Shown in pieces: positions 9,832 to 19,261 of a stretch of DNA of 64,000 nucleotides (positions are counted from its first letter, which is position 1; the number at the start of each line of letters is the position of its first letter). This DNA comes from Anaerolineales bacterium (GTDB lineage Bacteria > Chloroflexota > Anaerolineae > Anaerolineales > Villigracilaceae). The DNA lies in the NCBI GenBank assembly GCA_050014715.1, contig JBEKCT010000002.1:1331-65330 (forward strand). The letters are read 5' to 3'. The translations under genes were made by a program, and so were the position numbers. Below the pieces are notes generated by a model. It was not told the DNA's origin. It saw only the letters and a program-made list of their open reading frames with translations, and did no database searches.

Positions 9832-11043
9832 CTATGCCAATTCCGCGACACGGGTTGCCAGAGTCTGCAAGAAGCGGGCGGCGGGGGCGCCATCCACCAA
9901 CCGGTGATCGATGGTCAGGCTGAGCGTCATTATCGGACACTGGACGATCTTTCCATCCTGAATGACCGGCCTCTCGGCGATCCGCCCAACTCCCAGAATC
10001 CCCACTTCTGGTGGGTTAAGTATAGGTGTAAAACCATCGATTCCAAAAATGCCCAGGTTCGTAATCGTGAAGGTCGAGCCGGAAAGGTCATCTGGCTGGC
10101 TTTTGCCCACCAGCGCCCGCTTTGTCAGGATGCCGAGTTCCTGGTGGATATCGATGATGGATTTTTGATCGGCGTCTCGCACGACCACAACCACCAAACC
10201 CGCCTCGGTATCCACTGCCAACCCGACGTGAACCTCCGGAAGCAGACGGATGGTCTGACCCTCCTGGCGAGCGTTCAAGCGCGGATGTTCGTGAAGCGCC
10301 CGAGCGACCAGTGAGATCAAAATTGCATTGTAGCTGGGCACGGGAGAAGATTCCCGCTGGGCATCGGCTTTTATCCGCTCGCGAGAGTTAACCAATCCAG
10401 AAGCATCGACTTCAGAGTGCAAGGTGAGCTGGGCAGTGGATTGCACAGAGAGGGTCATCCGTTCGGCGATGACTGCCCGAACCCCATTGATAGGCAGCGC
10501 TTGTTGTTGGAGCACAGCCGCCGGTTTCACCCTGGCAGGGGTAGAGGCGGACTGACGTCCGGCGATAGCCCGCTCGATGTCCTCTTGCCCGATGCGCCCG
10601 TCCGGACCACTGCTCTGGATGGACGCCAGATCGATGCCGTGTTCGGCCGCCAAGCGCTTGGCAAGAGGCGAAGCAAGGACCTTTCCCGGGCGAGCCATGG
10701 CTACTGTTGGCTGGGTGGGCGCTGCAGGCGCGCTGGCCTGTACGCTCGGAACGGAGGCACCGGTTGGCGCAGGGATTTCTTCCCTTACCAAACTGGCCTT
10801 CTCGCCTTCAGCTAAAATCATTGCTACAACTGTTCGCACCGGGACAGTTGCACCGGCTTCGACCAGGATCTTACCTAAAACACCATCCGCCTGGGCGGTC
10901 GATTCTGTTGTGACCTTATCGGTCTCGACAATAAAAAGTGACTCTCCACGTTTGACCGGGTCGCCCTCCTTCTTCAACCACTCAACGAGCAAACCCTCGC
11001 TCATGTTCAGTCCCAATTTAGGCATTACCACATAGGTTGGCAT
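9832..11043 (-). CDS. acoC: dihydrolipoamide acyltransferase (E2) of an acetoin/2-oxoacid dehydrogenase-type complex
   Basis: 403 aa. It has one lipoyl domain (VETDKVT), a peripheral-subunit-binding stretch (ASPLAKRLAAEHGIDL), and a catalytic domain ending in DHRLVDGA. Confidence 0.88.
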   Translation of the reverse strand: MPTYVVMPKLGLNMSEGLLVEWLKKEGDPVKRGESLFIVETDKVTTESTAQADGVLGKILVEAGATVPVRTVVAMILAEGEKASLVREEIPAPTGASVPSVQASAPAAPTQPTVAMARPGKVLASPLAKRLAAEHGIDLASIQSSGPDGRIGQEDIERAIAGRQSASTPARVKPAAVLQQQALPINGVRAVIAERMTLSVQSTAQLTLHSEVDASGLVNSRERIKADAQRESSPVPSYNAILISLVARALHEHPRLNARQEGQTIRLLPEVHVGLAVDTEAGLVVVVVRDADQKSIIDIHQELGILTKRALVGKSQPDDLSGSTFTITNLGIFGIDGFTPILNPPEVGILGVGRIAERPVIQDGKIVQCPIMTLSLTIDHRLVDGAPAARFLQTLATRVAELA

Positions 11044-11070
11044 GTAGGCATCTCTTTCTGAATCATATGA

Positions 11071-12084
11071 TTATGTCTTAAAAATAAATCGCTGGTCGCG
11101 AACAGCTTTCTCCAACACCCGGTCTACGTCAACAATCCATGGACCATCCATCCGCAAGCAGATAGCGGCATCTTCACCCGGTTTTACTTGAAGCTCGCGC
11201 TCCCCATCCAAAGCCAGCATCAATGGGCGCTCCGCGGTTAGTGGGTACAGCTGGTCAGGCTTCAGAACGTTTATCTCGCGCAGGGCAAGCCTGGCAAACA
11301 GACCAGGTCCAATAGGCGCCATGATAGTCATAACGCTTCCATCTTGGCCGATATTGGCGATCGCTCCGTAGGGATCGCGTGTCGAGATCGGACGGACCAT
11401 GCCGACGATGGTGGAAAGGCCGATCGTGGCAGGTGAGGCGCGTGTGACAGCCACCTGACGGATCTGCTCCGACTCCCAGACCGCCCGCGACCCGATAAAT
11501 GTGCTGGCGACTGCGGCGACATCCACCAGGGCATCGTCGACCGTCCGCCCGTCAATCTGGACCTCAAGCCGCTTGCTGCGAAAGCAGAGCTCCTGCTTTC
11601 CGGCTTCATTCTCTTGGGCAATTATCCCAGCGGCCAGTCCGGCAATCGTCCCCTCCACAAACTGCGGGAGCACATTATTCGTTCCGGTTGAGACGGGCAG
11701 GAGCGGAACATGGTAGGTTTCTTTCGCTGCCAGACGTGCAGTTCCATCACCGCCTATGGTGATGATGCAGCCAGCACCCATCTCGCGCAACATGCGGGCC
11801 GCGCGGATCGTGTCGATGCCAGCGCCGATGAAATCCATGTCCAGGATGCTCACCCCGGCAACCACTTCAGGGCTGCCGCGCCTGAGATCGTCGATCGCCT
11901 GCAGGCCAATCCCAAACTTATCAGGCATGACACGCACATCGCTGACCCCTGCTTCACTCAGGCCGAGTAGCATCCGGCGGACAATATTGGCTTTTTCGCG
12001 GTTCCCTATGAAGAAGGCATGCGCCACAAGTCGGCGGATATCTTTCCCGGAAGCCGGGTTGGCAATAATCCCTACCATTGTCAT
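11071..12084 (-). CDS. acoX: ATP-NAD kinase-like protein (AcoX-type)
   Basis: 337 aa. It has the GIIANPASGKD N-terminus and a GGDGT diacylglycerol/NAD-kinase motif. It is inserted between E1beta and E2, as in acoX-containing acetoin operons. Confidence 0.72.
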   Translation of the reverse strand: MTMVGIIANPASGKDIRRLVAHAFFIGNREKANIVRRMLLGLSEAGVSDVRVMPDKFGIGLQAIDDLRRGSPEVVAGVSILDMDFIGAGIDTIRAARMLREMGAGCIITIGGDGTARLAAKETYHVPLLPVSTGTNNVLPQFVEGTIAGLAAGIIAQENEAGKQELCFRSKRLEVQIDGRTVDDALVDVAAVASTFIGSRAVWESEQIRQVAVTRASPATIGLSTIVGMVRPISTRDPYGAIANIGQDGSVMTIMAPIGPGLFARLALREINVLKPDQLYPLTAERPLMLALDGERELQVKPGEDAAICLRMDGPWIVDVDRVLEKAVRDQRFIFKT

Positions 12085-12161
12085 CGTAAGTTCGCAATTC
12101 TAAACAGAACGGGGTTAGCCACAGCCCTCCTAGCTAACCCTGGCCACATCTACTTGCAGGT

Positions 12162-13148
12162 TCAGGCGGGAACACGCTTCAACACACGGTTCACTGCGGC
12201 GACAATATCAGATTCTTTGGGCAACACGAACTCCTCGAGCACGGGGCTGAAAGGCACCGGGACGTCCTTGGCGGTTACGCGCACGATTGGCCCATCCAGG
12301 TAATCCATTGCCTCTTCGGCCACCAGGGCAGATACTTCACTGGAGATAGAGCAGTCGCGCCAGGTCTCCTGCACTACCACCAGGTGTCCGGTTTTCTTAA
12401 CCGATTCGAGCACCATTTCGCGGTCCAGTGGATCGACGGTGCGCAGGTCGACTACTTCACAGTCGATACCCTGCTTGGCCAGCTGCTCGGCGGCTGCCAG
12501 GCTCTTGTGGACCATTAAGGAATAGGTGACGATAGTTACATCCGAACCTTTACGCTTGATATCAGCTTTCCCGATCGGAATGGTATAGTCTTCTTCGGGA
12601 ACGTCACCTTTCATGGCATACAGTTTTTTGTGTTCGAAGAATAGCACAGTGTTGTTATCCCGGATTGCACTCTTTAACAGGCCCTTGGCATCGTATGGAG
12701 TGGCGGGCATGATCACTTTGATTCCGGGGACGAAGGAGAATATTGATTCAAAACTATTGGAGTGCTGTGCTCCGGCACTCAGATATCCGCCGACCGGGGC
12801 GCGTATCACCAACGGCATCTCGAGCACGCCACCGAACATATAGCGCATTTTTGCAGCCTGGTTGATGATCATTTCGCTCGCCAGTGTAATCCAATCTGAA
12901 AACTGCAGTTCGATTACCGGGCGGATGCCGGTTGCCGCTGCGCCGACGCCCATCCCAACGTAGCCAAGTTCGGAAACGGGCATATCGATCACCCGCTCAC
13001 GACCAAACTGCTCATACAGACCTTTCGTGCAGGCATTGGCCCCCCCATATGGGCCGATATCAATCCCCCATAGGATGACGTTTGCATCCCGACGCATTTC
13101 TTCGGCTAAGGCTTCGGCTATGGCCTGGTTGTAGAATAGCTGTCTCAT
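12162..13148 (-). CDS. acoB: E1 beta subunit, acetoin/2-oxoacid dehydrogenase type
   Basis: 328 aa. It has the pyrimidine-binding plus transketolase-C fold pattern (DTPISE-like PVSELG, HSNSFE, FFEHKKLY). It lies directly downstream of E1alpha. Confidence 0.9.
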   Translation of the reverse strand: MRQLFYNQAIAEALAEEMRRDANVILWGIDIGPYGGANACTKGLYEQFGRERVIDMPVSELGYVGMGVGAAATGIRPVIELQFSDWITLASEMIINQAAKMRYMFGGVLEMPLVIRAPVGGYLSAGAQHSNSFESIFSFVPGIKVIMPATPYDAKGLLKSAIRDNNTVLFFEHKKLYAMKGDVPEEDYTIPIGKADIKRKGSDVTIVTYSLMVHKSLAAAEQLAKQGIDCEVVDLRTVDPLDREMVLESVKKTGHLVVVQETWRDCSISSEVSALVAEEAMDYLDGPIVRVTAKDVPVPFSPVLEEFVLPKESDIVAAVNRVLKRVPA

Positions 13149-13169
13149 CGGTTTTCTCCTCTCACCCGG

Positions 13170-14129
13170 CTAGGCCCACAGGTCCGCCAAGGCGGTTTCT
13201 GGTTCAGGGAATGGGCTCTGGCGAGCGAATTCAACGGCTTCGTCCAGTTCGGTGATGACCTGTTTTTCGATGACCTGGGCATCTGCTTCGGTAATCACAC
13301 CCTGGTCAATCAGGAGCTGGCGATAAGGAGCGATCGGCTCGCGTTTCAGCCAGGCGGCCACTTCCTCGGGCGGGCGATAGGTATCAGGCTCGCCCTCAAA
13401 ATGGGTTCGCCAGCGATATGTCTTGCATTCAATCAATGTCGGGCCTTCCCCGGCCCTGGCACGTTGCACCGCTACTTTGGTAGTTTCATATACAGCTATA
13501 ACATCGTTGCCATCCACCACCACGCCGGGCATTCCATAGCTGGCCGCACGATCGGCGATATCCTCGATCTTGCGAACCTCGCTCTGGCGGGTGCCGACGG
13601 CGTACAGGTTGTTCTCACACACATATACGACGGGCAGGTTGAATGCTCCGGCGATGTTTAGCGATTCATGAAAGGTGCCCTCATTCGAGGCTCCATCACC
13701 GAAGAAACAGGCCACCACCTGGCCGCTCTTGCGCAACTTGGCGGACATGGCCGCCCCGGTCGCGATCGGGATACCGGCGCTCACGATCCCATTCGCCCCC
13801 AGGATGCCGAGCTTTGGCCAGGCGATGTGCATCGAACCACCTTTGCCTTTGTTATAGCCGGTGGACTTGGCAAATAACTCAGCCATCATGCGGCGCATCT
13901 CGCCGCCCTTGGCGATAATGTGCCCATGACCGCGGTGAGTACTGGTGATGTAATCATCGTCATTCAGGTTGACGCACACCCCGACTGCCACCGCCTCTTC
14001 CCCCAGATACAGATGAACAAACCCGGGTAATTCGCCCGCAGCGAACAGGTCTTTCACCCGGTCCTCAAAGTGGCGAATTTTGAGCATTCGCTCATACATC
14101 ATCAACAGTTTTTCTTTTGGGATATCCAT
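13170..14129 (-). CDS. acoA: E1 alpha subunit (TPP-dependent), acetoin/2-oxoacid dehydrogenase type
   Basis: 319 aa. It has STHRGHGH and the TPP motif GDGASNEG-...-CENN (GDG-x26-NN). Confidence 0.9.
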   Translation of the reverse strand: MDIPKEKLLMMYERMLKIRHFEDRVKDLFAAGELPGFVHLYLGEEAVAVGVCVNLNDDDYITSTHRGHGHIIAKGGEMRRMMAELFAKSTGYNKGKGGSMHIAWPKLGILGANGIVSAGIPIATGAAMSAKLRKSGQVVACFFGDGASNEGTFHESLNIAGAFNLPVVYVCENNLYAVGTRQSEVRKIEDIADRAASYGMPGVVVDGNDVIAVYETTKVAVQRARAGEGPTLIECKTYRWRTHFEGEPDTYRPPEEVAAWLKREPIAPYRQLLIDQGVITEADAQVIEKQVITELDEAVEFARQSPFPEPETALADLWA

Positions 14130-14153
14130 ACAATCCTCCGTCAGATAGGTTGG

Positions 14154-14960
14154 TTAGCAGCGCATCAGGCTCAGGGCTTCTGCCGCTGCCTGCTCAGATG
14201 CAACAGTTGGGGCAAACTCCAGCCCTATATACTTCTCATAGCCGGCTTCCTTGAGCGCTTTGAATACGTTCGCGTAATTAATTTCTCCTGTCCCGGGCTG
14301 ATGGCGTCCAGGGACATCAGCTACATGGATGTGGCCGATGACATCCAGATTATGGGTCAAGGAGGTGATCAAATTCCCTTCCATCACCTGCATGTGATAA
14401 ATATCGTACAATAGACGGATGTTGGGGCTGTCCACCGCACGAATCAGGTCAAAACCGAGCGCTGAGCCGTGCAGATAGTAACCAGGATGGTCCACATAGA
14501 TGTTGAGCGGTTCGAGCACCAGGGTTACCCCGGCTTTTTCCGCCAATGGGGCAATCGTTTTCAGCCCGGCCAGCACGTTTTCGTATTTCTCTTCTGCGGA
14601 AAGCTGTGGGTACTGATAACGGACCGAGCGGTCATCGCCCAGCTCGTCGGTGAGCAGGAACAGGGTATGGACGCCCATCTCCCTAGCCTTCTCCAGCGAT
14701 TTCTGGATGCCTGCAACGAATTCTGTGCGGTGCTCTGGATGGATCAGGGTGCCACCCAGGTTCGATTGGAAAGTCGCGATCTTGATCCCGGCCCTCTGGG
14801 TAGTTTCTTTGACGGTCGGCATATCCTTGTTGTCCCAGTTCCAGAACTCGATCGCGTCAAAACCTTGTTGGGCCGCCTTCTGGATGCGTTCAAGGAACGG
14901 ATATTCAGTATAGATCATTTCAATACATACGGATGTTTTCATACTCCTTCTATTGTCCAT
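14154..14960 (-). CDS. hydroxypyruvate-isomerase-like TIM-barrel protein (xylose isomerase-like fold)
   Basis: 268 aa. The N-terminus CIEMIYTEYPFLERIQKAAQQGFDAIEFW and the HIHVAD..GRHQPG motif are typical of the Hyi/sugar-phosphate isomerase-epimerase family. Confidence 0.8.
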   Translation of the reverse strand: MDNRRSMKTSVCIEMIYTEYPFLERIQKAAQQGFDAIEFWNWDNKDMPTVKETTQRAGIKIATFQSNLGGTLIHPEHRTEFVAGIQKSLEKAREMGVHTLFLLTDELGDDRSVRYQYPQLSAEEKYENVLAGLKTIAPLAEKAGVTLVLEPLNIYVDHPGYYLHGSALGFDLIRAVDSPNIRLLYDIYHMQVMEGNLITSLTHNLDVIGHIHVADVPGRHQPGTGEINYANVFKALKEAGYEKYIGLEFAPTVASEQAAAEALSLMRC

Positions 14961-15036
14961 CGGTAAAATACCTCTTCTTTCGGCATGTGAGCTGAACTTC
15001 TTATTGAACGGTTTTTCTAACCATCATCCTTTCATT

Positions 15037-16110
15037 CTATGATTTTGGGGTTTTTGCCCCCATCTTTAATAGATCGATCAAGAACGCGATATCGCGGCGG
15101 CCTTTTTCGCCATTCGTAATCGGCTCTTCGCCATTAACAATGCAGCCATAAAAATGACGCCATTCGCGCTTGAATGCTTCATCGTAAGAGACCAGCACCT
15201 GTTTTGTCACGCAGGTTTCCCCCTCCATTTCGTTCATTGTGATTTGGGTATTCGCGTTCTTTAAGTAAGGGAAGGGAAATTTGACTTCAATCATCCGGTT
15301 GCTGCCATAGGCAGTAATGCTCTCATCCCATTCGGTGCGATCCGGAATTAATCCAGTTTCCCAGATACAGCGGGTGTGCGGACCATAATTCAGGACGGCG
15401 ACCACAAAGGTATCAAACAGTTCCACATGCTGGATTTTGTCTGCCAGACCGAAGGCCTCATGCAGAACAATCGCATCATGGGAGCAGTTGTACATCAGCA
15501 GGCTGAAAGTCTCGTACAGGTCAGCATTCTCTTTCCCGATGGCCTTGAGCATTGCTTCGTATTCGTGTTCCCGTGATTTCTGGATTTCAACCGCAGGGAT
15601 ATCGTCCCCTACAAATAAATCGTAAATCTTATTGTTAATGGTATAGGTTCCCCCAAAGTCATGCACCCGGATGAGACGCAGATTCTGGATGTCCTTGAAT
15701 TTTCTGAGGGCCCATTCGTAAGCTGGGTCATATCGCTTCATATAAGCCACCATCAATTTAACGTTATTTGCGTGCGCGGCTGCAATCATCTGGTCACATT
15801 CTTTCAGGTTGAAAGCCATCGGCTTTTCCGTAATCACATGTTTGCCGGCGTTCATCGCGGCGACAGCAACGGGCGCATGGTCTTTATTGCAAATGCAAAC
15901 GACATCCAGTTCCGGGAGATTAACCAAGTCCAGGTAGTTCGTAAAACAATGCCTAATTCCATACTTACCGGCTACCGCTTCAGCCACCTTTTTGGAGATA
16001 TCGCACACAGCGACGAGTTCAAGGTTTGGTAGTTCCAGAATGTAGGGGATGTGCGCGATTTGCGCAATTTGACCACATCCGACGACGCCAACTTTCAATG
16101 TCTTTTCCAT
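15037..16110 (-). CDS. Gfo/Idh/MocA-family oxidoreductase
   Basis: 357 aa. It has the LKVGVVGCGQIAQIAH Rossmann N-terminus, an EKP motif (ITEKPMA), and a C-terminal alpha/beta domain of typical length. Confidence 0.85.
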   Translation of the reverse strand: MEKTLKVGVVGCGQIAQIAHIPYILELPNLELVAVCDISKKVAEAVAGKYGIRHCFTNYLDLVNLPELDVVCICNKDHAPVAVAAMNAGKHVITEKPMAFNLKECDQMIAAAHANNVKLMVAYMKRYDPAYEWALRKFKDIQNLRLIRVHDFGGTYTINNKIYDLFVGDDIPAVEIQKSREHEYEAMLKAIGKENADLYETFSLLMYNCSHDAIVLHEAFGLADKIQHVELFDTFVVAVLNYGPHTRCIWETGLIPDRTEWDESITAYGSNRMIEVKFPFPYLKNANTQITMNEMEGETCVTKQVLVSYDEAFKREWRHFYGCIVNGEEPITNGEKGRRDIAFLIDLLKMGAKTPKS

Positions 16111-16125
16111 AAAGCTCTTCCTCGT

Positions 16126-16544
16126 TTAAAAATTTAGACCGTGAGACTTGAAAACTACCCCAGATACCAAAATGACGTTTGCATAAGGGGTAAATTCCCC
16201 AGTACGGATCACCGCTTTCGCTCTCGCAGAAAGCCCTTTGAGCTCATCATGGATGATTTCAATCATCTCCACTCCGGGGAAAAACTCTTTGAGCTTTGTT
16301 CCAATCTCGGGGCTGCTGGCAAATGTCTCGCGAGCGACCAGGATTTGCTGTACCTTAAGTTCTTCCGCGATGGTCTGAACGGTTTGCAGGAAGCCAGGCA
16401 CCCCTGGACAAAGGGCGAAATCGATCCGTTGCACACCTGCTGGAATAGGCCGGCCTGCATCGGCGATTACCAGCGCTTATCCAAGTGCCCCATGCCGGCA
16501 ACCACGTTAGAGATATCTTGATTGAGGATACCCATTTTTTTCAT
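16126..16544 (-). pseudogene. rbsD: D-ribose pyranase (RbsD/FucU family) with a 1-nt frameshift after codon ~23
   Basis: AGGAG SD precedes ATG at 16544. The ORF reads MKKMGILNQDISNVVAGMGHLDKRW* and stops at 16469-16467. Shifting one base continues as ALVIADAGRPIPAGVQRIDFALCPGVPGFLQTV...TGEFTPYANVILVSGVVF, collinear with RbsD end to end. Confidence 0.75.
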
Positions 16545-16647
16545 CGAAATCTCCTGCAGTATTTGATAAATGGTCCCGATGGGTTTACCAAATTCGATAT
16601 GCTGTTAACCGAAAATGTTCGTTTGTGTGAGGGTTATTAATTCGAGG

Positions 16648-16797
16648 CTACCGAGAAATGTGGTCAGGCGAGGAAAGGTCAAGCGGATTGAGGATCACAT
16701 GGGAAACGGTGGTTATCGAGACACCCGCAGATTCGGCAACATCCCGAATAGTCACATTGGTATCCAGAGTATCTCGCGAGAATACCTTGGCAGACAT
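16648..16797 (-). pseudogene. LacI-family HTH-only remnant (49 codons)
   Basis: The translation is MSAKVFSRDTLDTNVTIRDVAESAGVSITTVSHVILNPLDLSSPDHISR*. It has the canonical LacI DNA-binding helix-turn-helix, but no effector domain follows in any frame. Confidence 0.55.
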
Positions 16798-16898
16798 GGT
16801 TCAATCGATTTATTTAGAAGTTCTGCGTATAGAAAGCGTTTGCGCAATGGTTTAATTGATTTTAGCATCACTGATTGATGAAGTCAATAAGAATTAAG

Positions 16899-16927
16899 TT
16901 GACACGAGTAAATTTGTTTGCTATAAT
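16899..16927 (+). promoter_or_regulatory. consensus sigma70-type promoter (TTGACA-17-TATAAT) for block B
   Basis: TTGACA at 16899-16904, a 17-nt spacer, and TATAAT at 16922-16927. The motif ACACGAGTAAATT overlaps the -35 box (16902-16914). The first gene starts at 17001. Confidence 0.6.
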
Positions 16928-17000
16928 ATTCTTAATAACCAACTTGTTCCTTCGTAATTAATTATCCCTTCTCTGTTACGCAATTGCGTGCTGGTACCCG

Positions 17001-18047
17001 ATGAAAACACTTGTCTGGTATGGAGCATTGGATGTGCGGTTGGAAGAGCGCCCGCTTCCCCGGCCTGGCTTGGGTGAATTATTGGTCCGTATCAAAGCTC
17101 TCGGGATATGCGGATCCGATTTGAAGCTTTACAAGTACGGGATCTTGGGTACTTTACAGCCAACCCATCCGTTCATTATGGGTCATGAAGGTGCTGGGCA
17201 GGTGGCACAGGTTGGTGACAGCGTAGAAGGATTTGAGGTGGGTGATCCGGTGATCATCAATCCACAGAGTGTCTGTGAGGATTGCTTTTACTGCCGGAAG
17301 GGCGAGCAAAATCTATGCGAGCGATTGAATTTCAAGAGTGTGACGACAGATGGGGTCTATTCAGAATTCGTCCTGGTTCGGGCAATCCAAGCCATCCACC
17401 TTCCACCCGGTTTTGATTTTGGGCTGGCTACGACAATCGAGCCAGTATCGGTGGCCGTCCAGGCACTGCGTTCCACCAAAATCTCTCCCTCTGATTCGGT
17501 CCTGATATTGGGTGCCGGGTCGATTGGTCTGGCGATTCTGGGCATCCTAGGCTCTATGGGTATCAGCCGGGTAGCGACGGTCGATCCACAGGAATTTGCT
17601 CTTGAGCGTGCCCGACAGGCAGGAGCTGCCTTGACCATCAATACCCAAAAAGCGGATTTAACCGGGGAAATAAGCAAGTTCTTCGGGTCGCGGGGGCCGG
17701 ATGTGGTGGTCGAGGCATCTGGATCCAGTGCAGCCCAGTCATTGGCCTTTGAGTACGCCCGGCCAGGCGGCGCGATCATCCTGGTCGGGATCTCAGCAGA
17801 GGCAAGCACAAATGTGAATATAAACCGCCTAGTACGTTCCAACCTTCGTGTTTTTGGATCGGTGCGCACGAGCGGCGATGCTTTTCCGGCCGCTGCCCGG
17901 CTGGTGACCTCGGGGCAGGTTGACACGCGAGGGTGGATCAGTCAGGTCTTTCCCTTTGAGAAAGCTCCGCAAGCGTTTGCATACACGATTGACCCAAATC
18001 ATCGGGTGACGAAGTGCTTGCTGGAATTCCAAGATCCGGGCAATTAA
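17001..18047 (+). CDS. Zn-dependent alcohol/polyol dehydrogenase (MDR family)
   Basis: 348 aa. It has GICGSDL, GHEGAGQV, the structural-Zn motif CEDCFYCRKG, and GAGSIGLA. Confidence 0.85.
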   Translation: MKTLVWYGALDVRLEERPLPRPGLGELLVRIKALGICGSDLKLYKYGILGTLQPTHPFIMGHEGAGQVAQVGDSVEGFEVGDPVIINPQSVCEDCFYCRKGEQNLCERLNFKSVTTDGVYSEFVLVRAIQAIHLPPGFDFGLATTIEPVSVAVQALRSTKISPSDSVLILGAGSIGLAILGILGSMGISRVATVDPQEFALERARQAGAALTINTQKADLTGEISKFFGSRGPDVVVEASGSSAAQSLAFEYARPGGAIILVGISAEASTNVNINRLVRSNLRVFGSVRTSGDAFPAAARLVTSGQVDTRGWISQVFPFEKAPQAFAYTIDPNHRVTKCLLEFQDPGN

Positions 18048-18174
18048 TGGCCGACCAGATCGATAGCCAAACACCCTATATACTGAAAGCGGCCTGGCCG
18101 AATGCGCCTTTTACCAAAACCGCCATCCCCCCGCTGTTAGCGGTGGAGAATTTCAGAAGAGGAGATAAATTATT

Positions 18175-19251
18175 ATGAAAGCTATCGTTTTCTATAATGT
18201 GGGTGATATCCGCTTCGAATCCAAATGGCCAGAACCGCGTACCTTAAAACCGGACGAGGTGCGTATCTCGACCTCCTGGTGTGGGATTTGCGGTACGGAC
18301 ATGGAGGATTACAAAAAGGGTGCCATTATCCCGATTGGGAAGCCTCACCCTGAGTCGGGACGGATGGCGCCGCTGGTTATCGGCCATGAATACTCGGGGC
18401 GTGTGCTGGAACGGGGTTCTCGAGTGGAGGGTCTGGAGATCGGTCAGAGGGTGGCAATCGAGTGCGTGCGTCACTGCGGCCACTGCTATTGGTGCAAGCG
18501 GGGCGAGTTTGCCTCTTGCCTCAACCAGGTCTCGGTTGGCCAGGTCGATGACGGAGGTATGGCGGATTGCTTCAACATACCGGCCACGAATTGTATCCCT
18601 CTCCCGGATTCTCTCTCGGAAGATGAAGCAGCTTTGACAGAGCCGCTGGCTGTAATGATCCGCGCCGTCCACAAGGGCAGGGTTCAGGTCGGTGATATCG
18701 TCACTGTCATCGGGGCAGGCGCGATCGGCCTGTGCGGAATAGCCGCGGCCAGGGTGGCAGGAGCCAGCCACGTGATCTCTCTGACCCATGGTGGCAGCCG
18801 AGCAGAAGCGGCTCGCCAAATGGGCGCTACGACCGTGCTGAACACCCGTGAAGAGAACTGGAAGGAAACCTTCTACGAACTGACACATGGCTTGGGCTCA
18901 GATGTGGTGATAGACGCCGGTGCAAACTTGGATGGCATGCGCCAGGCCGTGGAACTGACCCGCCGCCAGGGACGTTGCGTCATCAACAGTGTTATCGATG
19001 GCGACGTGCCTCTTAACGCACTGGATATCATGTTGAACGAGAAAGAAATTATCGGTACTTGCGCTCATCAGGAAGACAGGGAATTTCTTTGGGCCGTACA
19101 GTATATGTCGGATGGACGTATTGACGTCAAACCGATTATCACCAGCCGGATTTATATCGCTGACGCGGTGGAAGCAGGTTTCAATCGCCTGCTTACCGAT
19201 CGATCTCAGATTAAAATTCTGGTAACCCCGCATAAAGAATTGATCCATTAA
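18175..19251 (+). CDS. 2,3-butanediol dehydrogenase-like Zn-ADH
   Basis: 358 aa. It has WCGICGTDMEDY, the insertion PIGKPHPESGRMAPLVIGHEYSG, and the C-terminal SQIKILVTP. All resemble (R,R)-butanediol dehydrogenase-type MDRs. Confidence 0.75.
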   Translation: MKAIVFYNVGDIRFESKWPEPRTLKPDEVRISTSWCGICGTDMEDYKKGAIIPIGKPHPESGRMAPLVIGHEYSGRVLERGSRVEGLEIGQRVAIECVRHCGHCYWCKRGEFASCLNQVSVGQVDDGGMADCFNIPATNCIPLPDSLSEDEAALTEPLAVMIRAVHKGRVQVGDIVTVIGAGAIGLCGIAAARVAGASHVISLTHGGSRAEAARQMGATTVLNTREENWKETFYELTHGLGSDVVIDAGANLDGMRQAVELTRRQGRCVINSVIDGDVPLNALDIMLNEKEIIGTCAHQEDREFLWAVQYMSDGRIDVKPIITSRIYIADAVEAGFNRLLTDRSQIKILVTPHKELIH

Positions 19252-19261
19252 GGACACACAA

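Noticed and set aside
16580-16600. The 10-mer AATTCGATAT (shared with the sorC tandem repeat) and a GntR-box look-alike in the rbsD-aco promoter region.
   Set aside because: I kept this only as a side note in the findings. A single 10-mer match and a box with one mismatch are within chance expectation, so I make no regulatory call.
16978-16989. A perfect 12-bp palindrome, ACGCAATTGCGT, 11 nt upstream of the first ADH start codon, considered as a possible operator.
   Set aside because: Six-bp-arm palindromes are expected many times by chance in 64 kb. No second copy or related site was seen, so there is not enough support.
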